A DNA stretch of 64,000 bases, taken from Candidatus Stygibacter australis. Lineage in GTDB: Bacteria; Cloacimonadota; Cloacimonadia; Cloacimonadales; TCS61. Shown one piece after another: positions 9,364 through 18,703 of this stretch; the first letter of the stretch is position 1, and every line of letters starts with the position of its first letter. The DNA lies in the NCBI GenBank assembly GCA_030765845.1, contig JAVCDJ010000203.1, positions 83,947 to 147,946 of the forward strand, read 5' to 3'. The translations under genes and the position numbers were made by a program. The notes under the pieces are model-generated. The model was not told where the DNA came from. It worked only from the letters and a program-made list of their open reading frames with translations, and made no database searches.

Positions 9364-9451
9364 TCAATACTCCTGAAATCTATTTAAACCCTTTACGAAG
9401 TAAATTCTATTTCCGGTCAAGAAATTTCCCCCTTGCCAGAAAGATCATCAG

Positions 9452-9508
9452 CAACTAAGTTAGATGTGCATCGCTGGTGTACCCACAAGTGAGGCGCAAA
9501 TAACGACC
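9452..9508 (+). repeat. Family-B intergenic repeat, copy B2 (diverged)
   Basis: CAACTAAGTTAGATGTGCATCGCTGGTGTACCCACAAGTGAGGCGCAAATAACGACC. Its CTTAG end faces a minus-strand TTGACC (9415-9420) upstream of the SBP-permease gene. Confidence 0.65.
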
Positions 9509-9759
9509 TCTATCAAGCGATTACTGAATAGAAAATATCATCTCATCAGCCTATGATAACCAGTTTTCTTCCCAAAATGTTAAAAACCGATAAAATCATA
9601 GAGTATCAATACACATGTTATAGTATAATAATAATGAATTATAAGCTCAAAACACTAAAATCAAAACCTAATCCATATTTTGCATAGATTTTGCTATACT
9701 TTCATAATATAACCACCTGATAATAAACTATTTAACAACTATAACCTGCCCTTAAACCA

Positions 9760-9811
9760 GAACAACAAGGCACAATCTAACATAAAAATGTCAGTACGTG
9801 CTTTGTTGTTC
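9760..9811 (+). repeat. Family-H hairpin element, copy H1
   Basis: GAACAACAAGGCAC-AATCTAACATAAAAATGTCAGTAC-GTGCTTTGTTGTTC, 233 nt upstream of nrdJ. Confidence 0.85.
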
Positions 9812-9940
9812 AATTTATAATCCTGTCAAAATATATGAAGATACGGGCGTACCACATGGGAAAATGTGAAATATAGGTTATATTGAGCGTGATGTCTGAT
9901 AATTTGTTATTATCGACTCGGAAAAAGGGAAAAAATTGGT

Positions 9941-9970
9941 TTGACACATGGACAGGCTGGCAGAATTTAA
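9941..9970 (+). promoter_or_regulatory. Possible nrdJ promoter (TTGACA at 9941-9946, weak A/T-rich -10 near 9964)
   Basis: Consensus -35 preceded by a GAAAAAGGGAAAAAAT purine motif. The -10 is poor, so this is tentative. Confidence 0.25.
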
Positions 9971-10043
9971 CCTGAAATCGCTTGGATAATGGGAGATCAA
10001 ATAGACATTTTATTAGCGATTTAAGATAAAATTAAAAGGCTGG

Positions 10044-12299
10044 ATGGCACTTATGAATATTAGCGAAAATGCACTTAAAGTATTGGAGAGAAGATATTTC
10101 CAAAAAAATGAAAATGGGGAATGTATTGAAAACTGGCAGGACATGGTTTTACGTGTTGCTTCCAATATAGCCGGTGGTGATAAAGAGAAAACTCAAAGGT
10201 ATATCAACCTGCTGGACTCTGGTTATTTTCTGCCAAATTCTCCTACTTTGATGAATGCTGGCAATGATTTGCAGCAGCTAAGTGCCTGCTTTGTTTTACC
10301 GGTTGAGGATAGTATTGAGGGTATTTTCGAAAGTGTAAAAAATGCTGCCTTGATCCATAAATCAGGAGGCGGGACTGGCTTCAGTTTCAGCCGTCTACGT
10401 GAGCAGAATGCCCGGGTGAGATCAACTAATGGAGTTTCTTCCGGACCGATAAGTTTTTTGAGTGTATTTAATGCTGCCACTGATGCTGTGAAGCAGGGCG
10501 GTACCCGCAGGGGTGCTAATATGGCAATTTTGAATGTTGACCATCCCGATATTCTGGAATTTATCACCTGTAAAGAAGATATCAATAATCTTACGAATTT
10601 CAATATTTCTGTGGGCATAACGGAAGAATTTATGCAGGCTGTGCATGATGATCAGGAATATCCTCTTGTTTCTCCCCATTCAGGCGAGATCACTCAGAAA
10701 ATAAAGGCGACGGAAGTATTTAATCTTATCGTGGAAATGGCACATAAGAATGGTGAACCGGGAATTGTGTTCATAGACCGCATTAATGACTATAATCCGA
10801 CTCCTCAGGTGGGAGCTATGGAATCTACTAATCCCTGCGGTGAGCAGCCGCTATTGCCTAATGAAGCCTGCAATCTGGGCTCGATGAATCTGGCACTTTT
10901 ATGGGAAGATAATGAATTCAACTGGGATAGATTGCAGCAGGTGGTATATGACAGTGTAGATTTTCTGGATGATGTGATAAATAGATCGCAGTTCCCTCTG
11001 CAAGCGATCGATTACACTGTGAAGCAAAACCGGAAAATCGGACTTGGCGTGATGGGCTGGGCTGATCTGCTTTATGAGATGAAAATTCCCTATAATTCAG
11101 ATGAAGCCACGCTTCTGGCAGCAAAGCTGATGGAATTTATCGATTATCACTCCAAGCTGAAATCAATCAAGCTGGCAGAGCAGCAGGGTTCTTTCCCTAA
11201 TTTTAAAGGCAGTATATACAGTCAGGGCACTTTGCATCGCAAGGGTGAACTGGATTGGGATATGTTGCGGAATGATATCAGCAGCAAGGGCATCAGAAAT
11301 GCTACCACCACTACGATAGCACCTACAGGAACTATCAGCATGATAGCTAATACTTCCAGCGGTGTGGAACCACAATTCTCACTGGTTTACGTTAAAAATG
11401 TGATGGATGGAGAAAAACTGCTCTATGTGAATCCGCACTTTGAGAAAGCTATGCATGATGCCGGATTATATTCCGAAGAAATGATGATAAAAGTGGCTGA
11501 AACTGGCTCTATCCAGGAGATGTCAAAGATTCCTGCCGAGATCAGAGAAGTATTTGTTACCTCGCATGATATTACTCCCGAATGGCATATCAGGATGCAG
11601 GCAGCCTTCCAGAAATTTGTGGATAATGCCGTATCCAAAACTATTAATTTCACTAATGAAGCTTCAGTTGAAGATATCCGCATTTCTTATGAACTGGCGC
11701 ATGAACTGGGCTGCAAAGGTGTAACCGTCTATCGTGACGGCAGCAGGCAAAACCAGGTGCTGAATGTGGGCTCTTCGATCAAGGAAGATAAGGAAGTGCC
11801 CTGCACTCAATTGAAACCACGCCAAAGACCGGAATTCACCCAGGGCATGACGCGTAAAATTGAAACCGGCTGTGGACATCTCTATGTGACTATTAATTAT
11901 GACAGCGAGGGACCTTTTGAATTATTTACCACCATGGGGAAAGTAGGTGGCTGTGCTTCTGCTCAATTGGAAGCGATAGCCCGTCTGGTGTCCCTGTGCC
12001 TGCGCTCAAATATAGATAGTGATGAGATAGCCCGTCAATTGAAAGCTATTCGTTGCCCTTCACCAATGTGGAATAAAGGCGAAATGGTTACCTCCTGCGC
12101 TGATGCCATAGCCAGATCATTAGAGAAATTCAGTCAAATAGAACCGGTAAATATAGCTGGCATGGAATCAAATACCCAGACAACGGCAAAGCCACGACCC
12201 AGAAAGAAAATGAGCGGAACCTGCCCCGAATGCGGCAGCACCATCCAACACGTGGAAGGATGCCTCACCTGCCCCAATTGCGGCTGGTCTAAATGCTAA
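10044..12299 (+). CDS. nrdJ: Class II (adenosylcobalamin-dependent) ribonucleoside-triphosphate/diphosphate reductase
   Basis: 751-aa ORF. Contains the active-site motif TNPCGEQPLLPNEACNLGSMNL, ATTTTIAPTGTIS, and a C-terminal Cys4 zinc ribbon (CPECG...CLTCPNCGWSKC). Confidence 0.9.
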   Translation: MALMNISENALKVLERRYFQKNENGECIENWQDMVLRVASNIAGGDKEKTQRYINLLDSGYFLPNSPTLMNAGNDLQQLSACFVLPVEDSIEGIFESVKNAALIHKSGGGTGFSFSRLREQNARVRSTNGVSSGPISFLSVFNAATDAVKQGGTRRGANMAILNVDHPDILEFITCKEDINNLTNFNISVGITEEFMQAVHDDQEYPLVSPHSGEITQKIKATEVFNLIVEMAHKNGEPGIVFIDRINDYNPTPQVGAMESTNPCGEQPLLPNEACNLGSMNLALLWEDNEFNWDRLQQVVYDSVDFLDDVINRSQFPLQAIDYTVKQNRKIGLGVMGWADLLYEMKIPYNSDEATLLAAKLMEFIDYHSKLKSIKLAEQQGSFPNFKGSIYSQGTLHRKGELDWDMLRNDISSKGIRNATTTTIAPTGTISMIANTSSGVEPQFSLVYVKNVMDGEKLLYVNPHFEKAMHDAGLYSEEMMIKVAETGSIQEMSKIPAEIREVFVTSHDITPEWHIRMQAAFQKFVDNAVSKTINFTNEASVEDIRISYELAHELGCKGVTVYRDGSRQNQVLNVGSSIKEDKEVPCTQLKPRQRPEFTQGMTRKIETGCGHLYVTINYDSEGPFELFTTMGKVGGCASAQLEAIARLVSLCLRSNIDSDEIARQLKAIRCPSPMWNKGEMVTSCADAIARSLEKFSQIEPVNIAGMESNTQTTAKPRPRKKMSGTCPECGSTIQHVEGCLTCPNCGWSKC

Positions 12300-12315
12300 A
12301 AGATTACTTTCAAAA

Positions 12316-12349
12316 TTATTAGCCACCTGAATATTCAGATGGCTAATAA
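12316..12349. terminator. Bidirectional hairpin terminator between convergent nrdJ and the 1510-aa gene
   Basis: TTATTAGCCA-cctgaatattcaga-TGGCTAATAA. The stem is a perfect 10 bp and the loop is itself palindromic. Confidence 0.6.
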
Positions 12350-12402
12350 GAATTTTATGAAATATCATTTAGGATAATACATCACTCAAAACATCTACGT
12401 CT

Positions 12403-15400
12403 TTATTTCAACAATAAACATCTTTTCACTGCTTCCGTTTTGCCATCTACATTAAGCCTGTAGAAATATACTCCGGAACCTGCTAATTTCCCGTTTTCTT
12501 CTTCTCCATTCCAGATAACAGAATGAATTCCTTTATCGAAATCACCGCTTAGAAGTTTTTTCACTTTTTGCCCTTTGATATTATAAATGCTAAACTCAAT
12601 TACACTATTCTCAGGTAATGAAAATGATATTGTTGTAGTTGGATTAAAAGGATTAGGGAAATTTTGAAAGAGTTCAATTCCCGTTACTTCGGGTGAATAT
12701 ATGCCCCCGTCTTTCGACTGGTTATTTAGTAAACTCCATAGACTCTGCTCTTTTTCCTTTGCCTGCTCAATACTGTTCAATTGTCTTTCTAAATTAGTAA
12801 AATTGATAGCAGCCCTTGTTCCTCCAGATGATGCTTCCAGATAGGTATATACAATATCAAGCTCAGTATAAATAGAATCAATGAAAGTCAATTCATCATC
12901 CAGCAAAACTTCATACTCAGTTATTGCAGACTGATAATCTCCCATAAGTCTATTGCAAAATGTATTTTCCAGATTGATTGTTTCTGATAATTTAGTTTCA
13001 GGATACTGAGCGGAAAGCTCAGAAAAATAATCCTGTAATTCGATATATTCAGACTCAGTATCAAGACAGTTTATTAACCTGTTCGCAGACCAAATTGCCT
13101 CTATATCATCTGGATTTTCAGCTATGCTTTGCATATAGTAATCTTTGGCTGTCTCATAATCACCCTCTGATTCTGCAATCAGACCCAGGCTAAACAATCC
13201 GTCTCCTGCCAATGGATCATAACCTACCCAGGGAGATGTGTGTACTGGAAGATAGTTTACCTGCCAGTTAGCAGGAAAAAATGAATCTTCTACATCATTC
13301 TCAATTGTTGTACCCCACCATAAATCACGGCAGTAATATTCCAGCGTTACTGCATCTTGATTATAAAATGAGTAGCTGTTACCGAATATTATATCGTTAC
13401 ATCTTTTATCTACTACCGGATATGATGTTCCGCTGATCTTTATCTCAGGATAATCAGTGCCATCGTAATGGGTATAACTGATCGTTGATTTTGTAACAAC
13501 CGGATTTGATCCTCGATTTGCAAGAATACCGGCATATTTATTAGCATAAATGGTATCATTCAGAACAACTGCAGAAGCGTTATAAAACCATAATCCATAA
13601 TCATTCCCGGTAAATTTACTATACTTGATCTCTGAACGATAAATCGGTTCATGACTGTTCATCAATAAAATTCCAAATAATCCACAATTATGAATATAAG
13701 AGTTATTAATCTGGTATCTTTCAGGTTTTTCCAGATATATACCCCGATCATTATACAGAAATTCACAATTATCAACTATGATTTCTCCCTTACTGTTCAA
13801 AGGGAATTCAGCATTCTGAAATTCACAATATTCCAATTCGGCTGATCCTATTTCAGTAATCTCGATCTTATTCCAGTTATTAGTCAGATATTTATCAAAT
13901 ACAATCACGTTTTCTTCATTACCTATTGCAGTTAATACTCCATCTACGATCAGATGAAAATCCTCTGCTAATTCTGGATGAGCACTTGCCAGGAATATAA
14001 TTTCTGCTCCTGTCGGAACATAAATCTCATCCTTTAATATTATCTCGCCGCAACCAAATTGAACTATATCCTGAATGATAATCCCATTAAATACCCCGCT
14101 ATGTATAGTTAAATCCTCCGTAAGCATGTTTCCTGCAACCAGATCTGAATAATCATAATTAACATAAAAATATTCATCATCATAAGCCAGATAAGATATG
14201 TTATCTTCGATAGTACCACGTTCCCCACCAGGTTCTGTTCCCGGCTGATATGTTCCGAATTCGGTCTTAGAATGCAAATTCTCAGGTTCCACTCCGCAAC
14301 GCAATATTCTATATTGCGTTCTGTCATTTTCTTCGGTTTTATGGGTTACATATAACTCCCCATTATCCCATTCTGCCATTACTTCTTCCGCTTCATAGTC
14401 AGAATCATATAGTTCTACAGCAGTAAACCGTGATAATTGATCTCGTGCCCTGATATAGTTATCTCCATTAATGATCAGTTTTCTGATATCAGTAAAGCTT
14501 GAATTTGCTTCCACTAAAAAGAAATCAGCCGATGTTACAAACTGTAAACTTATCTGTGTAAACTCAAATTGTGAGTCACCAGAATAAACTGCTGCGTAAG
14601 TATCATAATCATCGCTTGTATCCAGATCATATCGCACACCGTATCCATAACTATGATCAGCAATGAGTTCTATCGGATCTGCAATATCTTCTGATGGAAT
14701 CAATAGAGTAATGAATTGTTCATTGATCATATTTTTTGTTGTAATTCTCAATCGGCTGTGACTCGTATCATCACCATCCCAACCGGTTGGTAAACCATTA
14801 TAATATGCACCATAATTAATATCTTTGTCTTCATAATTAGTATGGAAATTATTCACAGCTCCCATTACCCCATGTAAAAATATATTATTTACAGAAGAAC
14901 AGAAATGAGATTCATGATCATTATCAAATGTTTCTTCAGACACTGGATTGAAATGTATCTGGTTTCTGTAATTGTTTTCTTCGCCTTCAGTATTATCTAC
15001 TCGGTCATAAATGATGTAATAGTGATCATCAATCATGTAAAAACCCCTTGAAACTATGCAAGGGTGTTCTGTACCGTACATATCGGGTTTTTTATTATCG
15101 TAATTCACACTAACTTTTAAGTGTTGGATTTCATCATTTGTGATCAAAAATTCTTTTTGAGCTGGATTCGGAATATCGTTAACGGTGTGGTATTCAAACC
15201 TGTTAAGATGTGATATCGGATCTTTTTTATTCAGATCTTGAATTGGATGTGCAAAGATTTCTTCTGCCGAATAGTAACACCATTCAGTTAAATCTGAGAA
15301 TTCACCTACATAAGTACTCCCTTCAATATCAGTACTATCTGGATTAATTATAATCAAATTATGAGCATAGGGAGATTCAAACCATTCCATTGTTCTACCC

Positions 15401-16935
15401 CACTGACTATAGGAAATACCATTATGCTCTAAAGTATTATACCAGGTTTTATATCCTAAATCAATAATAAGATACTCCCCTTTATAGAATAATTGGAAGT
15501 GGGTTTTATCGCTATTCCAATGATTATGATCAAAAGAATTCTCATGATTTATAGACATCCAAGGTACATCAAGTACTTTGTCATCATTGATTGTAATTAT
15601 ATTATTAGCAGTTGCCTGAGGACGCAATATTGTCAACTCCCCATCTGAATATGAACCGGTTTCCAGATATGAAGGAAAATAATTATCTGTTGTGATAGGC
15701 ATTGAACTAACTGACTCTGGATCATAACACATAACAACATCAAAACTTTCTGTATTAGCTTCATTTGTCTCTAATGGATAGTCTCCATTATTATTTTCTT
15801 TTGCCCTGTGAACATACCACCTGATAGACTTTCTTAATTCAAGATTATTAGTATTGTTATAATAATACGGTAATAATCCCTTTTCGATATTATTGTTATC
15901 ATTAGGTGGATATTCATCTGCTCCTGCACTTCTATGCCTGAAATCATCTTCCTGGGTTATATGACAAAACTGTGGATCATTACGCATCATTATCTGAGTC
16001 ATCCAACCATTCATAAAATCCGTATCCCACATATTAAATTCAGTTACCCTTTTTAATGCTGTAAAAAATAAGGGAGTAAGATATATTGCTCGATTAGCGT
16101 AAGTATATCCACCAATATACATACCGGAATTTGTTACGCCATAATCCTGATAGCCATGTAAATCTGTTCCTTCAGGATAAAAATCTGTTGAGAAAAACTG
16201 CTCCATCACAAAATCTTTTAATCTGGTTCCCGGTGTTAAATCTTCCCCCGCTACAAGACAGCAATATCCCAGACCACTCAGATTTATCAAACGAAAACTG
16301 GATGCTCCTATTTCAGGTAAGCGACTATAATAATCATAACAATAACCTGGATTAGTAGTCCAAAGATCACTATTATAGATATCATCTATTGCCCAATCTA
16401 TCAGATCATCTAATTTGGCTTGTAATAAAGCTTGCTGTCCAGGGCTCATATAATAATATGCCATATCACACATGAATGCGATAAAATTGAGACCATAAGA
16501 CATATCCAGGGCTCTCGCATAAAAATCATCTGCTTGAGGTCCATCAGGATTATATATAGCCAGTTCAAATCCTTCCCAGTCAAATGAATCCTCTGACTCT
16601 ACTAATAAAAAGAATATAACCTCATTCATAAAATCTACATTATTATGAATTAATCCATTATATGCTTTCCTGCAATTGTACAATAGATCGAAAGGATCTG
16701 CATAATAACGATCACCTAATTCCTCAATTTCTTCAGGTGTTAACTCTCGTGTTTCTCTTGTTTCTTGATAATACAACCAAATTAACGGATCTTCAGTTTC
16801 GGATGGATCTGCTAAACATACATTCCTAATACCTTGTAATGTCGAAGATGAGATAGTAAATGTCTGATCAACGGCTGTTAGTGTAAAAGTAATTACACAA
16901 CAGATTACTACAAGCAAAGACTTTTTTGCTTTCAT
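12403..16935 (-). CDS. Very large secreted protein: heparinase II/III-like region (tentative), parallel beta-helix repeats, TPR-like segment, T9SS/FlgD-Ig-type C-terminal domain
   Basis: 1510-aa ORF with a signal peptide. Beta-helix-like repeats (NNSYIHNCGLFGILLMNS...FTGNDYGLWFYNAS). The C-terminus is FPNPFNPTTTISFSLP...GSGVYFYRLNVDGKTEAVKRCLLLK. Confidence 0.7.
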   Translation of the reverse strand: MKAKKSLLVVICCVITFTLTAVDQTFTISSSTLQGIRNVCLADPSETEDPLIWLYYQETRETRELTPEEIEELGDRYYADPFDLLYNCRKAYNGLIHNNVDFMNEVIFFLLVESEDSFDWEGFELAIYNPDGPQADDFYARALDMSYGLNFIAFMCDMAYYYMSPGQQALLQAKLDDLIDWAIDDIYNSDLWTTNPGYCYDYYSRLPEIGASSFRLINLSGLGYCCLVAGEDLTPGTRLKDFVMEQFFSTDFYPEGTDLHGYQDYGVTNSGMYIGGYTYANRAIYLTPLFFTALKRVTEFNMWDTDFMNGWMTQIMMRNDPQFCHITQEDDFRHRSAGADEYPPNDNNNIEKGLLPYYYNNTNNLELRKSIRWYVHRAKENNNGDYPLETNEANTESFDVVMCYDPESVSSMPITTDNYFPSYLETGSYSDGELTILRPQATANNIITINDDKVLDVPWMSINHENSFDHNHWNSDKTHFQLFYKGEYLIIDLGYKTWYNTLEHNGISYSQWGRTMEWFESPYAHNLIIINPDSTDIEGSTYVGEFSDLTEWCYYSAEEIFAHPIQDLNKKDPISHLNRFEYHTVNDIPNPAQKEFLITNDEIQHLKVSVNYDNKKPDMYGTEHPCIVSRGFYMIDDHYYIIYDRVDNTEGEENNYRNQIHFNPVSEETFDNDHESHFCSSVNNIFLHGVMGAVNNFHTNYEDKDINYGAYYNGLPTGWDGDDTSHSRLRITTKNMINEQFITLLIPSEDIADPIELIADHSYGYGVRYDLDTSDDYDTYAAVYSGDSQFEFTQISLQFVTSADFFLVEANSSFTDIRKLIINGDNYIRARDQLSRFTAVELYDSDYEAEEVMAEWDNGELYVTHKTEENDRTQYRILRCGVEPENLHSKTEFGTYQPGTEPGGERGTIEDNISYLAYDDEYFYVNYDYSDLVAGNMLTEDLTIHSGVFNGIIIQDIVQFGCGEIILKDEIYVPTGAEIIFLASAHPELAEDFHLIVDGVLTAIGNEENVIVFDKYLTNNWNKIEITEIGSAELEYCEFQNAEFPLNSKGEIIVDNCEFLYNDRGIYLEKPERYQINNSYIHNCGLFGILLMNSHEPIYRSEIKYSKFTGNDYGLWFYNASAVVLNDTIYANKYAGILANRGSNPVVTKSTISYTHYDGTDYPEIKISGTSYPVVDKRCNDIIFGNSYSFYNQDAVTLEYYCRDLWWGTTIENDVEDSFFPANWQVNYLPVHTSPWVGYDPLAGDGLFSLGLIAESEGDYETAKDYYMQSIAENPDDIEAIWSANRLINCLDTESEYIELQDYFSELSAQYPETKLSETINLENTFCNRLMGDYQSAITEYEVLLDDELTFIDSIYTELDIVYTYLEASSGGTRAAINFTNLERQLNSIEQAKEKEQSLWSLLNNQSKDGGIYSPEVTGIELFQNFPNPFNPTTTISFSLPENSVIEFSIYNIKGQKVKKLLSGDFDKGIHSVIWNGEEENGKLAGSGVYFYRLNVDGKTEAVKRCLLLK

Positions 16936-16944
16936 TTTTTCCTC

Positions 16945-18438
16945 CTATTTAATTAACAGCATTTTATTTGCTGCTTTTTTTTCTCCGTTTGTCATCAGTT
17001 GGTAATAATATACCCCGCTGCCAACTAATGCACCTGCTTGATTTTTCCCATCCCAAATGATTTCTCCTGATTTACCGTTTATTACTCCTTCGTGTGCTAT
17101 TTTTAATTCTCTAACTTTTTGCCCTTTAATATTTGATATTTCAATAATTGTGTTTTCTAAATTGCTATCTATTTCATACTTAATTGTGGTTATTGGATTG
17201 AAAGGATTAGGATAATTACTTAGTCTTTGTTTAATACCGGGTAATTCATTATTATCTACTATCAAATTTCCTTCTTCATCAACTCTTAGTAAAACAAATT
17301 CAGGAAAGAGACATTGTCTGTCCGTTGTTCCGCAATAAATAATATCTCCGTTTATATGTTCAAAGCCTTTCTTATCTTCCTTGCCAATCCAATCAGGATA
17401 GGCAGGACTATTTTCCAGATAATTCCTGCTCCACAATACTTCTCCATCAAATGTTACTTTATGAATTTCTCCTTCTTCTGCGTTGAAAGTTATTAATATA
17501 TTACTGTCGTTAAGTTTAAGAAGTCTTGATGTATTTGATTGATCATAAAATGGTGTCAAAATATCATATTCTTCTAACAGCATTCCAGAAATATTATACT
17601 TTAACAAAAAACCTCGACCTCGTACATAATCCGATTGCCAAGAGAAAGTAAATAAAGTATCTTCATCATACTCTAGCAGACTTGAAAACATTGCGTTTTC
17701 TCGCGTTTTTGTCCATAGAGTGTCTCCTTCTGAATTAAATTTCATCAATGTTCCCCAAAAGGGATTATATGTCTTGAAGCCGCATGTCAAAAATCCACCA
17801 TCTGATGTTTGAATTATTGTATTCATTTCAGGTGGATATTCTCCATTTATCATCAGGTCATAGCCACATTTATACCAGATGATATTACCATCAAAATCTG
17901 TTTTCATTATAGAAGGTGAGGGATAATTATCTGCCATACCTGCCATTATCAAGCCATCTTCTATTATCTGCATGGAATTTATTGTAACACGTAGTGAATC
18001 AATATCCCAATAATTATGTGTTGAAATCAAACCACAATTCTCATCAAGAATATAGAGCACTCTCGGGAAGGTGTATCCGCCTCCTCTTCCTCCTATAGCA
18101 TAATACCTGTCCACTTCGTTAGATACTAATGAACCGAAATAATTACTGAATATTGAAGCATCCTGAACCCGCCATTCCATTTCACCTTCTTCCGATATTT
18201 TCCAGAACATACTCTGTGGTTCTGAATAAAACTCATAGCCAGGTGTTACATAAGCATTTAATAAAAAGCCTCCACCAATTGCTGGTATCACATTGCAACT
18301 CCCGTCACGATAGGAATAAGCAAAATATTCTTCAAAAAGATCACGATACGGATAGCTGTTAAAAAAAGTCGGCTCAGCTTCTAAGAATAAAGTAACACAA
18401 AGTATTATAATTATAATAATAATGATATTTCTGGGCAT
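16945..18438 (-). CDS. Secreted protein (beta-propeller-like, function unknown) with T9SS/FlgD-Ig-type C-terminal domain
   Basis: The ORF track starts at 18483. I prefer ATG 18438 (GGAGGA 5 nt upstream; the product starts MPRNIIIIIIIILCVTLF). The C-terminus is YPNPFNPITTIKYEI...GSGVYYYQLMTNGEKKAANKMLLIK. Confidence 0.7.
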   Translation of the reverse strand: MPRNIIIIIIIILCVTLFLEAEPTFFNSYPYRDLFEEYFAYSYRDGSCNVIPAIGGGFLLNAYVTPGYEFYSEPQSMFWKISEEGEMEWRVQDASIFSNYFGSLVSNEVDRYYAIGGRGGGYTFPRVLYILDENCGLISTHNYWDIDSLRVTINSMQIIEDGLIMAGMADNYPSPSIMKTDFDGNIIWYKCGYDLMINGEYPPEMNTIIQTSDGGFLTCGFKTYNPFWGTLMKFNSEGDTLWTKTRENAMFSSLLEYDEDTLFTFSWQSDYVRGRGFLLKYNISGMLLEEYDILTPFYDQSNTSRLLKLNDSNILITFNAEEGEIHKVTFDGEVLWSRNYLENSPAYPDWIGKEDKKGFEHINGDIIYCGTTDRQCLFPEFVLLRVDEEGNLIVDNNELPGIKQRLSNYPNPFNPITTIKYEIDSNLENTIIEISNIKGQKVRELKIAHEGVINGKSGEIIWDGKNQAGALVGSGVYYYQLMTNGEKKAANKMLLIK

Positions 18439-18523
18439 AATGTTCCTCCTATTCATTTTGTTATTCATCATATCATAGTTCATTTGTTCACAATCTCCAT
18501 TTTCTTGTCAACATTTATTCAAC

Positions 18524-18580
18524 CTTACTAAGCAGGAGTTTTGCACAGTACCCCGGACAATGCTTCTGGCGACAGTTGAT
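18524..18580 (+). repeat. Family-C repeat (diverged relative of family B), copy C1
   Basis: CTTACTAAGCAGGAGTTTTGCACAGTACCCCGGACAATGCTTCTGGCGACAGTTGAT, about 80% identical to 38332-38390. The CTTAGTAAG end is 12 nt from the minus-strand TTGACA (18506-18511). Confidence 0.7.
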
Positions 18581-18590
18581 TTCCCATTCT

Positions 18591-18623
18591 GTCCATATTA
18601 TCCATTAAGTCCATCACGTCCAT
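18591..18623 (-). repeat. 9-bp-phased TGGAC array, copy D1
   Basis: Minus strand reads ATGGACgtgATGGACttaATGGATaatATGGAC. It lies upstream of C1 and the TTGACA box of the 16945-18438 gene. Confidence 0.85.
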
Positions 18624-18703
18624 AATCCAGTCTAGTAAATAATTCCCTTGACCTGAATATGATTCATTATTTATTTTAAATTAGACCTTAAGGAGGTGTA
18701 TCC

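Noticed and set aside
9364-10043. Cobalamin riboswitch or NrdR boxes in the 680-nt region upstream of nrdJ.
   Set aside because: I found no B12-box-like core (no GCCACTG or AGYCMGG-type elements). The best NrdR-like 16-mer (ACACATGTTATAGTAT at 9611-9626) matches only half the palindrome and has no properly spaced partner. A covariance-model scan (Rfam RF00174) and an NrdR PWM scan would settle both questions.
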